Origin: Phoronis australis
Lineage: Eukaryota; Animalia; Phoronida
Direction: 5' to 3'
Length of the DNA stretch: 64,000 nt
NCBI GenBank assembly: GCA_002633005.1
Contig: NMRA01000064.1
Location: forward strand, 876,360-940,359
Shown here: positions 24,346-38,112 of the stretch, piece after piece
Layout: the number at the start of each line of letters is the position of its first letter
Numbering within the stretch: the first letter of the stretch is position 1
Position numbers and translations under genes: made by a program
Notes under the pieces: model-generated
Databases searched by the model: none
Seen by the model: only the letters and a program-made list of their open reading frames with translations
What the model was told of the DNA's origin: nothing

Positions 24346-27300
24346 TCACAAAACATTAAGCTGTACAGAAAATATTTGTGAAAAAACACTTTTGGGTCTA
24401 AGAAATGGAGAAGTGACAATTCCATAGGGGTGCATCCAAACTCCAAGTACAATCTCCAAAACCCAATCCTGGACCAGCACCCATGCATGGTCCAAGAGTA
24501 GAAATTTGGTCACTGGGTATTGACTACTTTGGGTGCTTATATTGAGTTTAGAGGTGCTGGTATGGAATTTGTATTGCAGATTTGGTGTTGCCTGGTTCAG
24601 ACAGTGGTTTAAGGGATAAATTCCAGAATGTAGAGGCATGATCATGGAATTGTATCCACATCCTGGTACAGATGGCATCACTCTGTGTCTGTGTACTGTA
24701 GAGGCAGGAAGTCTTCTGAGAGAGACCAATGGGATCCCTGGAGATAAATGTTCTATAAGTAAGCATTCACAAGAAAATAACAATAATCTATATTGAAATA
24801 ATTTGCTAGTAACTTGTTTACTGAAATGATGTTGAGAGCTGTAGATATTGTTTTGTTATACTCTGTGCTAGACTGAAATTGGTGAGATATGTAATTTCAA
24901 GGCATGCGAGTGATTCCCTGGTTGTACTTCTAAATTTGTGAGGCAGGTGATTTCAAGGCATGGGAGTGATTTCATGGTTACACTTCTAAATTCTAACCAC
25001 AACCACATTATCTTCAGCCAAAAAAACACAAGATCATTCCCATGCTCTGATTGCTTAGGTGCAGGTGATAACATACCTCTGAGGTAACAGTAGTAGAACT
25101 CGACTTACGAGCACGCTGGGGTGGCTCAGGCAAGACAGGGTGCTCGAATGACGTCTTGCTCGAGTCTACATGCTGAAGCACATCATCAGAATATTTTGTG
25201 CTGCCATAAGACGTCTCTCCAGATTTATGTCTGTAGTCCTGCGTAATACCATTCATCCACTTATTGTGAAGTTTATCATTAGGCAAATAGTTCACTTGAT
25301 GTGACTTGCCTGGGGAGACGACATCCTTACCATTTGTTCTCTTCTCCTGATGAGAATGATAAGAGTACGTATCATCATTCTGACTTGGACTTCTTCGTGT
25401 GTAACCGCGAGACATGTCCTGCCCTGTTTCAGAACCAAGATCTAGACCCACATTACTTTCAGTCTGCCCATTAGTCAAACCAAGGTTCAGGAACCTCCTT
25501 GAAGCATTCCGCCTGTGTGGATAAATCGCTGGAGTGTGTTTCACAGCGGACATGAACAGTGTTGCATTTGTCATAGTACTAACTGGGTCAATTTGACCAT
25601 TGATGTGTTTAGACGTCGTGCACGTGGAAGGTAGGTGCTTAAATTCTTCCTTGTCATCTGACTGACACATATCAGAAACATTCTCCGAGTATGACATCGA
25701 CTTGTCTTGTCTCGATGAATGAACATTACTTACAGCCCTTTTCAACAAGAGGTCCTTGTCAACAGCTCTTCCCGAGTCTGCAGTAGAGTTTAGAGGACTA
25801 ATTATCAGCCAACTGCCAGATTTATCCGTCATTCCATTCTGAGCAGGACTACTTGACATCAGAGGCTGACCAACGTCCAGATAATTACCAGTGTTGATGG
25901 AAGTAGACCCTGGCTGCTTGCGATTACTCGGCAAAACATCTCTAGTTTTGGCTGAACGCAAAGAAAAGCCAGATGTTAGCAAGCCATTGACCAATCCCAC
26001 CTGAACAGGTTCTTCCAGTTTGTCTTCAGTTACAGTATCTGACAGATTGTCATTATTCATCGTGACCTCAAGGTCACCCAGACACAGCACTGACTGTTCT
26101 TTTGAGTCTGCTACACTATGCTGTTTGCAATTAGCTGACTCCCTCTTGAGACTACTTGATGAACTATTTCTGCCTGAGCAGTCACCAGCAATTTTGTGCT
26201 CATGATCCGAATCACCATTAGAATGTTTTGCAACAACACCTTGTCTGCTGGGTGACTGATCAGATCTACCACCAGGTGGCACTGTCCTCTCCAGTGACCT
26301 GTTGCTACTGAGTGATTGATCTAATCCATCACCAGGTGGCACTACAAACTGTGTTTGCCTGTTTCTGCTGGGTAACTGATGCAACTCCTCACTAGGTGGC
26401 ACCATGCCCTGTATTGACCTGTTCCTGCCAAGTGATAGTTGCAATTCATCACCATGAGGCACAAACCCCTGAGACTGTCTGTTAGCGCTGAAGGACTGAC
26501 CCAGCCCACCCCCAGGTGTAGCTAACCCACGCACCTGTCGGTTTTTATGGTATTTCTCTAAAATCTCCATTTCCTTCTTAAGGTAGTCATGGTTATCGCG
26601 TATTATACTGCACTCAGTCTGCGCCAGTCTCCTGGCACTCTCGGCACTTTCCAGAGCCACCTCCAGGCTGTGAAGTTTGTCTATGGTTTGCGCCTCATTA
26701 TACCTGTACCAGCTGAGATCCTACAATGATAGAGAATAGCAACTTTAATGAATTGAACTTCAGAACAATTAATTTATGAATTCAAAATATGATCCACTCG
26801 CTATCCATGACAATATTTAGGCATTCCTAATCCAATAATAGCAACAGATTGAAACTGAAATGAGACATTAATAAGAAACAAAAATCTTAAAATAATAAAA
26901 TCTTGCCTAAGAATCTGAGGTTTGAAATGTACTTCATCTTCAACAAGAGCGATGTGGAGCGTTGAAATGCACCCACGACAGCACCGCAAATGGTGTTTTT
27001 AGGGGTGTTTATTAGAACCATAAAATGGCCATTAGACAGCACAGAATATATTGAATCCATCCGGAAATGGGAAGGTGTCGTAGTTTCTGAAAACTCCAAA
27101 GTTACAAAGGCAAATGCAAAACAAATTCCCAGTAGGAACCACAGCAAGAGTCAAAATCTGCCAAGAAGTTTGAAAGATACAGTGGACAACAGAAAAATAA
27201 TAAAATTGATTGATTTGGTTAATTGAGGGGGACATCAAAAAAAGACTCGAAAACAGTTTAGATGGCCATTAAGTGACGCAAAAATCTCGAATCCACCTGA

Positions 27301-30300
27301 AAATGGAAGGATTGCATCATCTCACTAAAAGATACCTAACTGCCAAATTTTATGAACATTCGTTGAGGACCTTTGAAGATACAGAATGTAAACGTAAAAA
27401 AACATTAAAATTGCCACTACGGGGCATATTGGTAGCAAGCTCTGTTCACAAGTCGTCGTCAGTAGTCAACTTCATATAAACACACGTACTAAATTTAAAA
27501 AACATCTTGCAAAGACTTTAGGAGATGCAGCCATGGGTACAAAGAAAACTGCCACTAGGAGGCACCACACTAGTCGAAGTCGTCGGAAAATCGTCCTCTT
27601 CACAGTAAGAGCATATATGCCGATTATTACAATCGTACTTAGAGTAGTTTGGTTGATAGAGGGGTGGACGTCAAAAAACAGACTAGAGAACAGTAAAAAT
27701 AGCCATTAGGTGGCGCAGAATACCTCAAATCCTTTCGAAACCATGAGGATAACGTCATCTCACTAATAGATGCCTATCTACCAAATTTTGTGAAAATCCA
27801 TTGAGGACATTTGAAGATACGGAGGTGAACGTAAAAAACTAAAATTGCCACTAGGGGACACACCGGTGATCGAATCCAACTGAAAGTTCATTCATACCGT
27901 CCCATCCACGAAAGAAACACATGACTTTGTGTGCAAAATTTCATGTAAACATGCATCGAAGAGTTTTGGAGATGGAGCAGCTAACATCAGACGGACACCG
28001 GACATACACCAGACAGATGGACGGACAGGGATTGACGGCATAATGCGCCCACATAGCATTAGCAGTCAATTTCCTTGTCAGAGATCCATTTGTGACAGAT
28101 CATACATATGAATAATAGATCTCTATTCTCATAGGACCATATTCACGTTCCATTTGGAAGTACATTTTGGGCTGAAAACCCTTAGTGTGCTGACAACAAA
28201 ACTGTTATGCATACAAACATTGTGCAAACTAATAGCTATTGCAATACTGGGAAACTAAGAGGCACATAATTGTAAGGATAGAGAAAAGTTTCCGTTGCTG
28301 GACTAACAACATCCTTTTAACTAAACCTCTAAAATTCAAAGGCCATACTCTGAAAACGCTACAAACAGAATCACACACTATAAAGCCTATGACTAGTCCT
28401 TAGAAGCACAGGGGGCTGGACCTCAAAACCAATAGCCAGATTCTGTACACAGTGTGCACAGCTAAGGATTAGATACCGTGCGAACTGTCATGTCATATGC
28501 CCAAACACTGGATTGTTTCTCGGGCCTGAAAGTCAACGTCTGCAATCTACAGCTTGCTTTTCTGACCAGCACATCGTGGAGCTTGCAATGTAAGAGCTGT
28601 TTGCAATGTGAAATACTTTAAATCCTATCACATAACCAATTTACAACGTGCTTATCTTATCATGATAAATAACAGCATATGTCAATAACACTGTGATTAA
28701 GTGTCTATAAAAATTGGTTTTGTACCACTATCGGCCAGTTGCTCATGAAATTATCAATGAGTTTCAGGTGAATCAAAGTGTATGTGAGTGGACTTAATGT
28801 TGACTTTTAGGATCAATGAATTGTATCTAAGTAATTCTTTAGTAATCTTGGCTCTTATGTTGAAGTATGTTACTGGACTCTCTGACAAAACTAAACCAAG
28901 CAACAGTTACAGCAGGGGTGCACAGAGATAATTTTTAAAATAACTGGAATGTGATCTTTGATAACGAAGTCCAATTACAAAAAGAAGTATTCTGAGTTTT
29001 TATGCAGACTTTTGACTTAAGTGGATTTAAAACTCATAGCTTTTCATTACAATGCCAACTGTAAACACACTGCAAAATCACATTAAGAGGAGAAAAAAAT
29101 ACAAATAAAGTGCTTGAAAGTAAACAAACCATCTTAAAAGTATGTCCCAAAATCAGAAGTTGTTTCAAGAGATAGGCACCACTCCTATGAGATAGAAGAC
29201 TTAATAACAGTGAACTGCAAGTGTACGCCAACCAGGTCACTTGATGCTAGTTAGCAGCAATTAGGTCACTTATTACCTGTCTTAGTTTGTTTCTTTCATC
29301 GTTAGCTATGGAAATCTTCTCTCGTAACTGCATGTTTTCTTTCTCAAACAGGCTAACCTCTTTCAAGGGGGTTTTGGTGGAGTTTTCCAGAAGTCTGAGA
29401 GCGTCGCTCAGCTGAGCATTGAGTTTCTTATTATCTGCACTAGATGATGCCACTGAACTTCGGAGTTCTTTAAGTTGTAATTCTAGACTATTAACTTTTA
29501 ATTTCTGACTTTCATTTTCAATTTTGAGGTATTCATTCTCATCTTTTAAAGCAGCGTTTTCCCCCTTGGCATCTTCCAATAGAGTCTCAATCGACTGCAC
29601 CTTCGTAGACAGTCGCTTGTTGGCAGTGTTCAACTTTGATTGGAGAATTTCATTTTCGATAGTGGCACTGGCAATCAATTGTTCCATCCTTGCCATTGAG
29701 TTATTTTCATTGACTGACACCTGTACGCCATCCACTGATTGGTGAACAAGTGACGAGTCCTCAAGAGCAGTACTGTGCAGTTCATCTTGCTTAGTAAGCA
29801 GACGTCCAGTGTCACATTCAGAAAGATAATCACCACCATTCAAATCAGATAAAAGCAGTGTGTCACCAACTTCAATGGGTGATATTGAAACCTTGCTATG
29901 TTTGTCCTTTTCTTTAAGTTCCAAGGGTGAATCTTTCACTTGGATGGGTGAAAGTCTACTCAACTCCACTTCTGTAGAAAATGTCTGAGCATCTCCCCAA
30001 GGACCATGACACCCATTAGACAAGCTTTTCACTGAAACTGTCTCCAAATCCTTTACCTTTTCACGCAAGTCTTCAATTTGTTCCTCCAGAACGTCAATAG
30101 TCACTTTACTGTTGATATTCACTGTCTGAGCAGCTGCTAACTCCTGGTGAAGTTTGTCATTCTCCAACTTCAAACTCCGCACTTCCTCTTTCAAATCAGT
30201 GTTGTATGTCTCCAGCTCCTCTGCTCTCTCATTGCAAGTTATTTGATCCAATAACTGACACTCACTTTCATGAGCTCTGTTCAGTTCTGACTTCAATGTT

Positions 30301-32660
30301 TGCCCAAGTATGTCTATACTGTCCAGTAACAGCATCAATTCATCTTCACTATCACAAACATCTGTGATATCATTAAGCTGGTCGATTGGCACTACAGTCG
30401 ATGGTCCTTGCTCAGCTAAATCAGTATCATAAGATGTATGCAATACGAATTTACTCCAAACATCATCAATTTCACTGGAATCAATGTCTCTATTTTCCAT
30501 ACGTGGGTGTACATGATCTGGCAAATAGTCAGCCTGACTACCACAAACTGAGTGATGATTCAAAGCACTACTACTAACCCCAGCTTGAGACTTGCTATGT
30601 TTGTCAGACTTGTTAACATCTTGTTGTGAGATAGCATTTCTTTGTGAAGTCTTAAAACGCGAGTCAAGCTGATGAGATGTAGACTGAATATTACCATGTC
30701 TAGAGTGCAAGCCAGTTGACAAGGGTGTACAACTTTGCAGCATGTCAGCTAGCTTTGAATCGAATAACTGACGACTCACAGTCCCACTAGGTGGCGTAGT
30801 CCTATCATTACTTGAGATAACACCTTGCTGGTCAACAATGACAGAGTCACTTTTGTTTCTAGTGTCACCATCATGCTGGGACATTTGATCATCATTCGAG
30901 GTGTCGTAGAATGAAAGGGCGGCAGACTTAAGTGTTAACACGCTGGCGTTGCTCAATCCAAGGTTGTCTCCCGTGTCAAGTCCACTGTCAGTGGGAGGTG
31001 AATTCTAAAGCAGAATAATGTGGTTACTATCCATGGCAATTAAACAAGGTGAGCTTTAGTAAAACTACGTGACTAGAATGAAGGCAATTGATTCCTTAAC
31101 TACGGATGTTAAAATTACTTTTTGAAAATTAAAGTGTCTGCAATTTAGAAAAGTGAAAGCATCTAGTCGAAAACAACTTTTAATTTTTGTAAATTACTTA
31201 AATATGCTTGAATGTGTATTTAGGCAGCAAACTTTATTTTAACAAGTGGCATTAAACTCTACAGTCAAGCTTCTGTGTGTTCTAGCTTTCTGAGTCCTTT
31301 CATACACTTGCTTTGGCACACCATGTACCAGCTGCCGACATTGCAAAAACAAAGAAAACATAAACACGAGAACATGTATAATTACATGTTTATTTCTGGA
31401 TCTTCTAGAAAAACCTGGTGCAAAAAAATAGAAAGAAGCTCATATCTAAAAACTTGTGGAGACTATCAGATTCTACAGAATACAGACATCTGAGGATGCC
31501 TAATATCTTGACAGTTCAAATCGAGCTCTCACATTTAATGATCAATGCTTCTAACAACTTAAGGTGCACATCATTCTCAACATAAGAGGCATTTATTTGG
31601 GAAGGAAATATCCATGGCTAAATTCTCTAAAATTTGCCCAAGTTTCATCAGGTATGATTGTTCCCATATAACGAGTTTATTGTAAGAAATTTACTTTCAT
31701 TACGGTTTTGTTGTCCATTTTCCGTGATGGGAAGTGGATACCAAAAACCTAATTACAGCAAATTTCCAAAAATAAATGTGTGTGGGAACAATCATACCTT
31801 CAGGTGTTGTGAGTTGACTCTTGGTTTCTATATTGTGCCTCTGTTACAGTTTTGATACACCCATGACCCAAGCGTATATTTGTCACCTTCAACTATAAGA
31901 CGGGGAGGATATTTGGATTTGACTTTTGGTCCTTAAACAGATATTTTCAAAATAAATACCCTGCGCTGGTATGCAGAAAACAACACATTCTCATGTTCTT
32001 TCATACTGATGATATTTTAGCTCACCTGAGATGAAGCGGCTGTAAACTGATGTCTGGATAACTCAAATGAATTCAGCTGTTGCTGCAGGGACTGAAACAC
32101 GCAATAATTACCATGGAATGTCAAACTCTTCAAGCATCAGTAACATCAACCTTAAACATACTTCAAAATTATAGTTGAATGATATAACTTCCAGTTATGA
32201 TTGATTGCCCATTTGGCATGTCCGTTCATTCAAGCTTATAATTTTTATAGTGACATTACTGGTCAGTATGAAATATAGTAGGCTATTAATTTACACATGC
32301 TTTAAAAGCATTCAACATTTTCTTTCATTCACTGTTTAAGTTATGTTCACATTAATTGCACTAGTTACAGTTAGGTCTAATATTTACTCAAGTATAGCAT
32401 ACATTACCATTCAAACAATTCTTTTCATTCAAATGACTTGTACAATTGTGTACTAGAATTCAGTTGCATTTGTCTATATGAAAATCAGAGTTCATTCAAG
32501 GTAACCACAATGTTACATGTAAACAGGCATGCCTCACCTGTATGGCCTTCTGAGATTTATTTTGTTGTTCAATTAAGAGCTGTATTGCACTGTCAACAGG
32601 TAGACTGGCCAAAGGTGATGTCTCAGACAGAACAAGTGGGTTGTTAAATGTTGTATTCAT
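24346..32660 (-). CDS. Uncharacterised ~1190-aa coiled-coil and Ser-rich low-complexity protein
   Basis: All-phase-0 exons 32538-32660 (MNTTFNNPLV...), 32026-32091, 29277-31004 and 25077-26720, plus a tentative last exon 24346-24360 (LNVL*). Two ORFs exceed 540 codons and carry heptad-like E/K/L stretches. Confidence 0.75.
25077..26720 (-). CDS. Large exon (548 codons) of the coiled-coil gene, with five 20-aa repeats
   Basis: Acceptor ttgtag at 26721, donor GAG|gtatgt; VPPG..L.QS.S.NR repeats at about 26245-26545. Confidence 0.85.
27230..28050 (+). mobile_element. Non-autonomous Helentron/DINE-like (HINE) element
   Basis: Internal ~440-bp-period duplication (catctcactaa...ccaaatttt.tgaa...ttgaggac...aaattgccacta at about 27318 and 27757), followed by a GACA/GACG microsatellite tract near the 3' end. 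Confidence 0.5.
29277..31004 (-). CDS. Large exon (576 codons) of the coiled-coil gene
   Basis: Acceptor ctttag at 31005, donor CAG|gtaata; coiled-coil segments such as LKEEVRSLKLENDKLHQEL. Confidence 0.85.
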
Positions 32661-33064
32661 GATGGAAGTCCAGGGAAGAATTCAAGTCGACACAATAAGA
32701 AACTGAAACAGAATAAACGGAGGAAGTTTAGATTTATTACCTGAAGTTGTCAAGACAACAAGTCACGTGAAGTGGTCTAAGCCAACAGGACTCAAGTTTG
32801 ATTGTTGGCAAGACGTCAACAGCACTGCTCAACAAGTGCAACGTGACAGGTGATGGAATCGTAGACTGTGAAAATGATGGAATGACAGAACAACACAAGC
32901 ACTGTTGTTTCAGTCAGGGCTAAAATAGTAAATCATGAAACGGAGTACTGGAATGAATGTGGCGAGTTTCCGTAGAAACATAAACCGTAGCTGGAAAAAC
33001 GTACGAGAAGCTGCAGAAATAAAATAACGGGTTGTTTACAATAAGATTGTTCAAAATGACCAAA

Positions 33065-33145
33065 AAAGTATCGGTACGTTCGAACACCGGCGATAACGGA
33101 CTGGCGACGGTCAGCGCGACTAGTCTAAACGACTGCGCTCAGTCT
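33065..33145 (-). mobile_element. Degenerate tRNA-derived SINE head
   Basis: A-box-like GCGCAGTCGTTTAG and B-box GTTCGAAC on the minus strand; no intact cloverleaf. Confidence 0.3.
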
Positions 33146-33595
33146 TTGACCGAAGCAAGCCCTACTACTCACCAAACACCGCATTATATGTTCATAATGC
33201 CATAAAATGACATGACAGATCTGTTTGAAAAGTCACAGAAAACTACACAGGACCCCTAAATGGAGTTGAAAATGAGCCCGGTGTCCGATAATCAGCCTCA
33301 CAGAATCAAAAGGCGCTATCGTTTTATCAACAACGGTTACGACATCTGTTGGTGTTTTGATAAGCGCCACCAAACGGAGCACAGAATAAACAATCACCTG
33401 GCGGTTCGGACAAAGGCTTAGTAAAAGCAAGCAAAATGTTTATTTTACATCGGTACAATAGAAAACAAAACAATGAAAATATTAGCACAAGTGCTAGTCA
33501 CCGATAAAATATGATGAGCAGCAGATGACGTATGTGCAATGATACACGTACAATGACAGTGAGCTGAGAGATACATTCAAAAAAAAAACGGACAG

Positions 33596-34640
33596 CTACC
33601 AATGGCTGCTGAAAGTGTTAACATCAGTACAGCACCTCACATTGTTCGTCAACTGGTTCCATAGTACAATCCCCTGTTGTTTAATCGAGTTGGTCCCATA
33701 AGTTGTCGTATTGGGCCTTGTAAACGTCGGTTTTCCCCCTGATATTGGGCGGTAGTCGATCGAATTATGAATGATGGCCGGACAAGGACCACCGTTTGAA
33801 AACTTCAATCCCTAATAATTTCACTCTGGAAGTGAACATCGTGACTGAATTTTCAAAAGAAAACAATGCTGAATACGAGGAGTTACAATCATTAAAGACT
33901 TTAAGCCGTGGTATTGGATTTTCTCTATTTTTCTCATCAGACTCCGATCTTGATACAGTCTGTAGTAGGGACAAAGTTAAAAAGGACCTAACAAAGGCAA
34001 ATATAATTTTAACTTATTGTCCAGAAAATGACGAAGTCTAAAAATGACTGACGTATACTTGGACGACTTGTTAGAGATCGTATTATCAACATGACAGTGG
34101 AAAATGAGTTGGGTCATCTACGATACCTAACGGACCTGGCATACACTAATTATTGATACAACCAACGGTCAAGTAATTTTCTAGTTGGTTTATGTGTTCT
34201 CTACTGAAAATAATTGCCTGGAATTTTTTTTTGTATTTGTATGCATGTGGTTGAGGTTAAACCAATCTAAAGCAGTCTGCATGACCATGTTCAATATGAG
34301 CGTCTGACGTTGTCAAAGGTATTGTCATCTGCATAGTAGGCCTACAGGTTGTATTTAACACTACATGTACATGTAAGTTGAGACACAAGACCATGTATAA
34401 ACATAAATGACAGAGGTCCCAAAACAGAGCTTTAGGATACCCGTTTTGGAACGAGTTACCCGCTATATAATAACTGTATTCACGTGCAAACTCTCATATA
34501 TCTTTCGAATAAGTAGAACTTCAATAACTTTTAAGCATTTTGTGAACAGCCATACCTCAATCTTTAGTAGATCGTGTGGAAGGTAGTCAAATGCTTTGAA
34601 CAAGTCGATCAGCAAACAACCTCAATGTCCATTGCCGGCT
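33596..34640 (-). pseudogene. Decayed CR1/L2-type LINE reverse transcriptase and 3' end
   Basis: IDLFKAFDYLPHDLL, a degenerate GSVLGP, YADDNT, WFNLNHM, and C-terminal YGTNSIKQQGIVLWNQL. Confidence 0.8.
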
Positions 34641-35087
34641 ATACCAGTAGCACTACACTCCTTGGTTCTGCTGACTGAACCTGGCAGTTTACAAGCCGTG
34701 ACTCTACATTGAGCTGTACCATCATGCTCCAGGCTTGAAACCATCAGCCAATGCACCCGCGGAACAGAGTCCCGGGGTACGATGGTCGCCGCCCGAACCC
34801 GGCTAGTAGCCTAGCTGGTCCGCGCCGAGTGACTCGGTAAAGCTAAATTAGTTACAGAGGGCGGGCATCGTCGGACTTTTACCATTAAATTTTTATTTTT
34901 CTATAACCTATGTTTATTGTGAACTCCTCCTTAGTACTTTATGACATTTTCTGTACTAAATTTCTGAAAACTCAGTGACCTGAGTACTCAGAGTCAGGAA
35001 CTCACTGAAGTCTGACTTAGTTTACGGCTCTCGGTCATTTAACGTAGCGATTGAAAATAGCAGAAGGACAGTCCGTGTTTGAATTAA

Positions 35088-36777
35088 AGGAGAATGCCAC
35101 CCGATTCAATTAGTTTTTTTTACCGTCTTAATTGGTCTATATCCACATCGCCTCTTAAACGGTCGACCTCATCTTGCCGAGAGGTGTCGCCGGCGTTAAC
35201 CTGTGAGGAAGGTGAGAAACGACGCAGCGACGTCAGTGGTTCGTCTGCAAAGTTAATGCCGCCATTGCGGTGCATCGTTCCCGCTTGTCCGAACTATGAT
35301 GCTGCGAAGAAAGCGGGTATATCGTTTTTTCGACTTCCTCGAGAGCCCAAAATGCTTAGGAAGTGGCTTGCGGGTAGTGAAGAATGAAAGGTACGCTGTT
35401 AATAGCAAGTACATGTATGAGGCCGTGAATCATTTCCGTGTCTGTGGCCGGCATTTCGTTGACAGTGATTTCTTTGACGAATTCCGGCTTACCAAAGACC
35501 TATCCATGCGTTTCGTTGTCTGTGCATGTTCACGGCGCTTCTGTAGTATTTCTTGATCAGTGTATTCTGGTTCGAACTGATAGCCTGTGAAACCTAACGA
35601 TCCGACCAGTGAAGTCTTCGTCGGATGAGCTCTTGACTAAGTCGGGATTGGCGCCGGCCGAGTTGCCATGTATTCTGCGTTCTGTTTCAAAATGAATCAT
35701 TCTCATCCTAACTAATGTGAAACGAAGTCTTTTTCATTAGATACAATTTGTAATGCCTTTGCAGTATTCGTGAGTGCAAATGTTGAGAAGCCTGCAATGA
35801 ATAAACCACTGCGTTACCGGCTTTTGATGCCGGCAATAAAGGTAATTGACCGGGTACCGAGGCCGTGTGAGCGCATGCTAATTCAGCGTTTGCTGACAGA
35901 AAGCTGTTGTGAAATAATTACTCAATTCTACATGCTATGGTCACATGTTAATGCAATCTTTATACAAATACATATTATTCAAATCATTGTTAATGCACAA
36001 CCTTTGCCCAGACGGTTTGTGGAAGGGGAACCCGACTTCGCGGCCCCCGACAAGTAAGTAAATTTTCAATTTCGTGGCTAATTCACGTAAATAATTAGGT
36101 GCAAATTATTTCTTTGGTTCACTATTAGTCTTTTCGGGAATGAAGGTTTAGTTTCCAACTCAAGCTGGTTTCTGTTCGTGCCAGTCCCGGCGGCCGCGAG
36201 GGGCCTAATCGGATTCCGAGCCACTGGTCAGGATCACGAGTCAGTCCGGCCGCGACGGGCCTGATCGGGTTCCGAGCCACTGGCCGGGATAACAAGCGTT
36301 TTGTGTGTTCAGAACTCAAAAAATCACAAGTCTAAACAACACAGATCTAGGTTCTCTCGTCTGTCTTTCACGGAAGAGTACTTCGAATTTGCTCCGAACA
36401 GACCCCAAACTCCTGCTACGGACCTTGGTAATTGGCCTGCCGAACTTTGTAGGTTACGGTGTGTCCAAATACCAATAAATCCTTAACAGCGAAATTAACA
36501 ACACGTTTTTGCAAGAAATCGGTGTATTTTTAAGGGTTTTACATCGAAGTTTGATTAATTGGTGTTAAACAATGAATCCACGCGATGAGCTGACAGCAGT
36601 AACCCGTGATGTGAACTGCTGAACAGACTGCGTGTGAAACCAATGACGTCATTGGATAACATCAACACCTCCGTCGGCGTCAGCTATCAGGGAACGCAAC
36701 CGAACGTGCCGTTATCGAGTAAAGCTACTCGATCTTAATTGATCCAAAATAGGTTGTTTTTTGTGTGGCATGCTCCT
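35088..36777 (+). mobile_element. Kolobok-type family A, copy 1: non-autonomous, both ends intact
   Basis: TTAA|AGGAGAATGCCAC...GTGGCATGCTCCT|TTAA. Plus-strand THAP stub 35256-35480 (CIVPAC...FFRLP...KW...VCGRHF). Minus-strand KolX-like stub 35493-35670 (DLVKSSSDEDF...GYQFEPEY). Confidence 0.8.
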
Positions 36778-38112
36778 TTAACAAGAGCACTGAAAACAGA
36801 TGCAGGGAACGCGGTTGTAACCGTATATATATGATCTGGGGAATTAGGCCTATTACGTAAACCTCGGCGGCCGGAGTCCCAGCAGGCGAGCAAAGGCTTC
36901 AAACGGTTAACCGTTCGCCGGTTTCAGGGTCCTAAACTCACCACTCACGCGCCGAACGGAAAATGCTCCATGCAAGGTTAAGGTACATGACGACTTTGAC
37001 TTTTGTGCGCGCCGGCTCCGTCGGCCAGGCCTGCCAGCACTAAACTTCTGACTCGCACACGCCGGCCCCTCGATCGACTATAGTTCACGTGCGCGCTTAC
37101 ACGGGATACATTCCTCCACGACCGGCTTTTCGGCGTCTCTCGAGGACCAATTTCTTTGCTCGTAAACAAACCGACCTTGTTCGCGCACGTCCGTGCCTGA
37201 GCCTTGACTTCAGGCGCGCCACGATGCTCCGACACTCATTGGTCACTCGGCTCGTCGAATGGATTGTTTTCCTTGCTGTTTCCCTTTACAGTGAACTTGA
37301 TTATCCGAATATCGTAAAATCAAATAAAAGTGGTCTTTTCCTCGCTACATGCAGTGATTGTCATTCACTTTATATAATTTAATAATTGCAAATTAATTTT
37401 TAGATACGTTGTCGCTACATTGTCGCAGCAAATTTTCAAAAACAATGAAGCAAGTGAACGCCGATCAAGGATTGAATGTATATTACTCATTTATGTGGTT
37501 TGTAACCTCTATTTTTAAACTAGAAATATGAAATTGAAAGTATCGTATTCATTGTATCATGAAGTATTTATTAAATAAAACTAAATGCCAGCACCGGTGT
37601 CATTTAAATATGTTGTACCCTGCCAGCGATAAAAGCAAAATGTTAAACTCTGATGCCGGTATCTTTAAAACCAGCGACTTACTAAACGTTGAACAAAGAC
37701 GTTGACACTGAGGAAATAACCCGATATCAACACAGTTACTGCTTAAATGAAAAGTCACAGATATGGGATTCTAAGGTGACGTAACAGGTCCGTAGGAAGG
37801 AAAAAAATATTGGGGGGGGGGGGGCACAAACCAATTTGACATCGCCAACCTACCCCCTTGCTATCGTCACGCTCCCCGCCCTCCCGTTATCTGGATGCCA
37901 CCATATTTGTACCGAACCCCACCCCCCATGTCCGCCATAGGTGGGGGTAATACCGGGGATTTGAGTAACCGTGAAGCAACAAACCAACAAAGATTCACGG
38001 AGAGTAAGAATGCGTCTAGACACCGAGCTGGGTAATTGAGATTCTAAGCAGGCCTACTGCATGGTTACACCTTATTTTTAATGTGGGTTTGCCTGTCATG
38101 ACGTCCTCCGTG

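Noticed and set aside
24346-24783. 145-aa ORF as an independent gene
   Set aside because: No recognisable motif and a non-ATG start; only its last four codons are tentatively used as a terminal exon.
31798-31840. Candidate extra exon of the coiled-coil gene with a good gtatga donor
   Set aside because: 43 nt would break the frame between flanking phase-0 exons, and the acceptor is weak.
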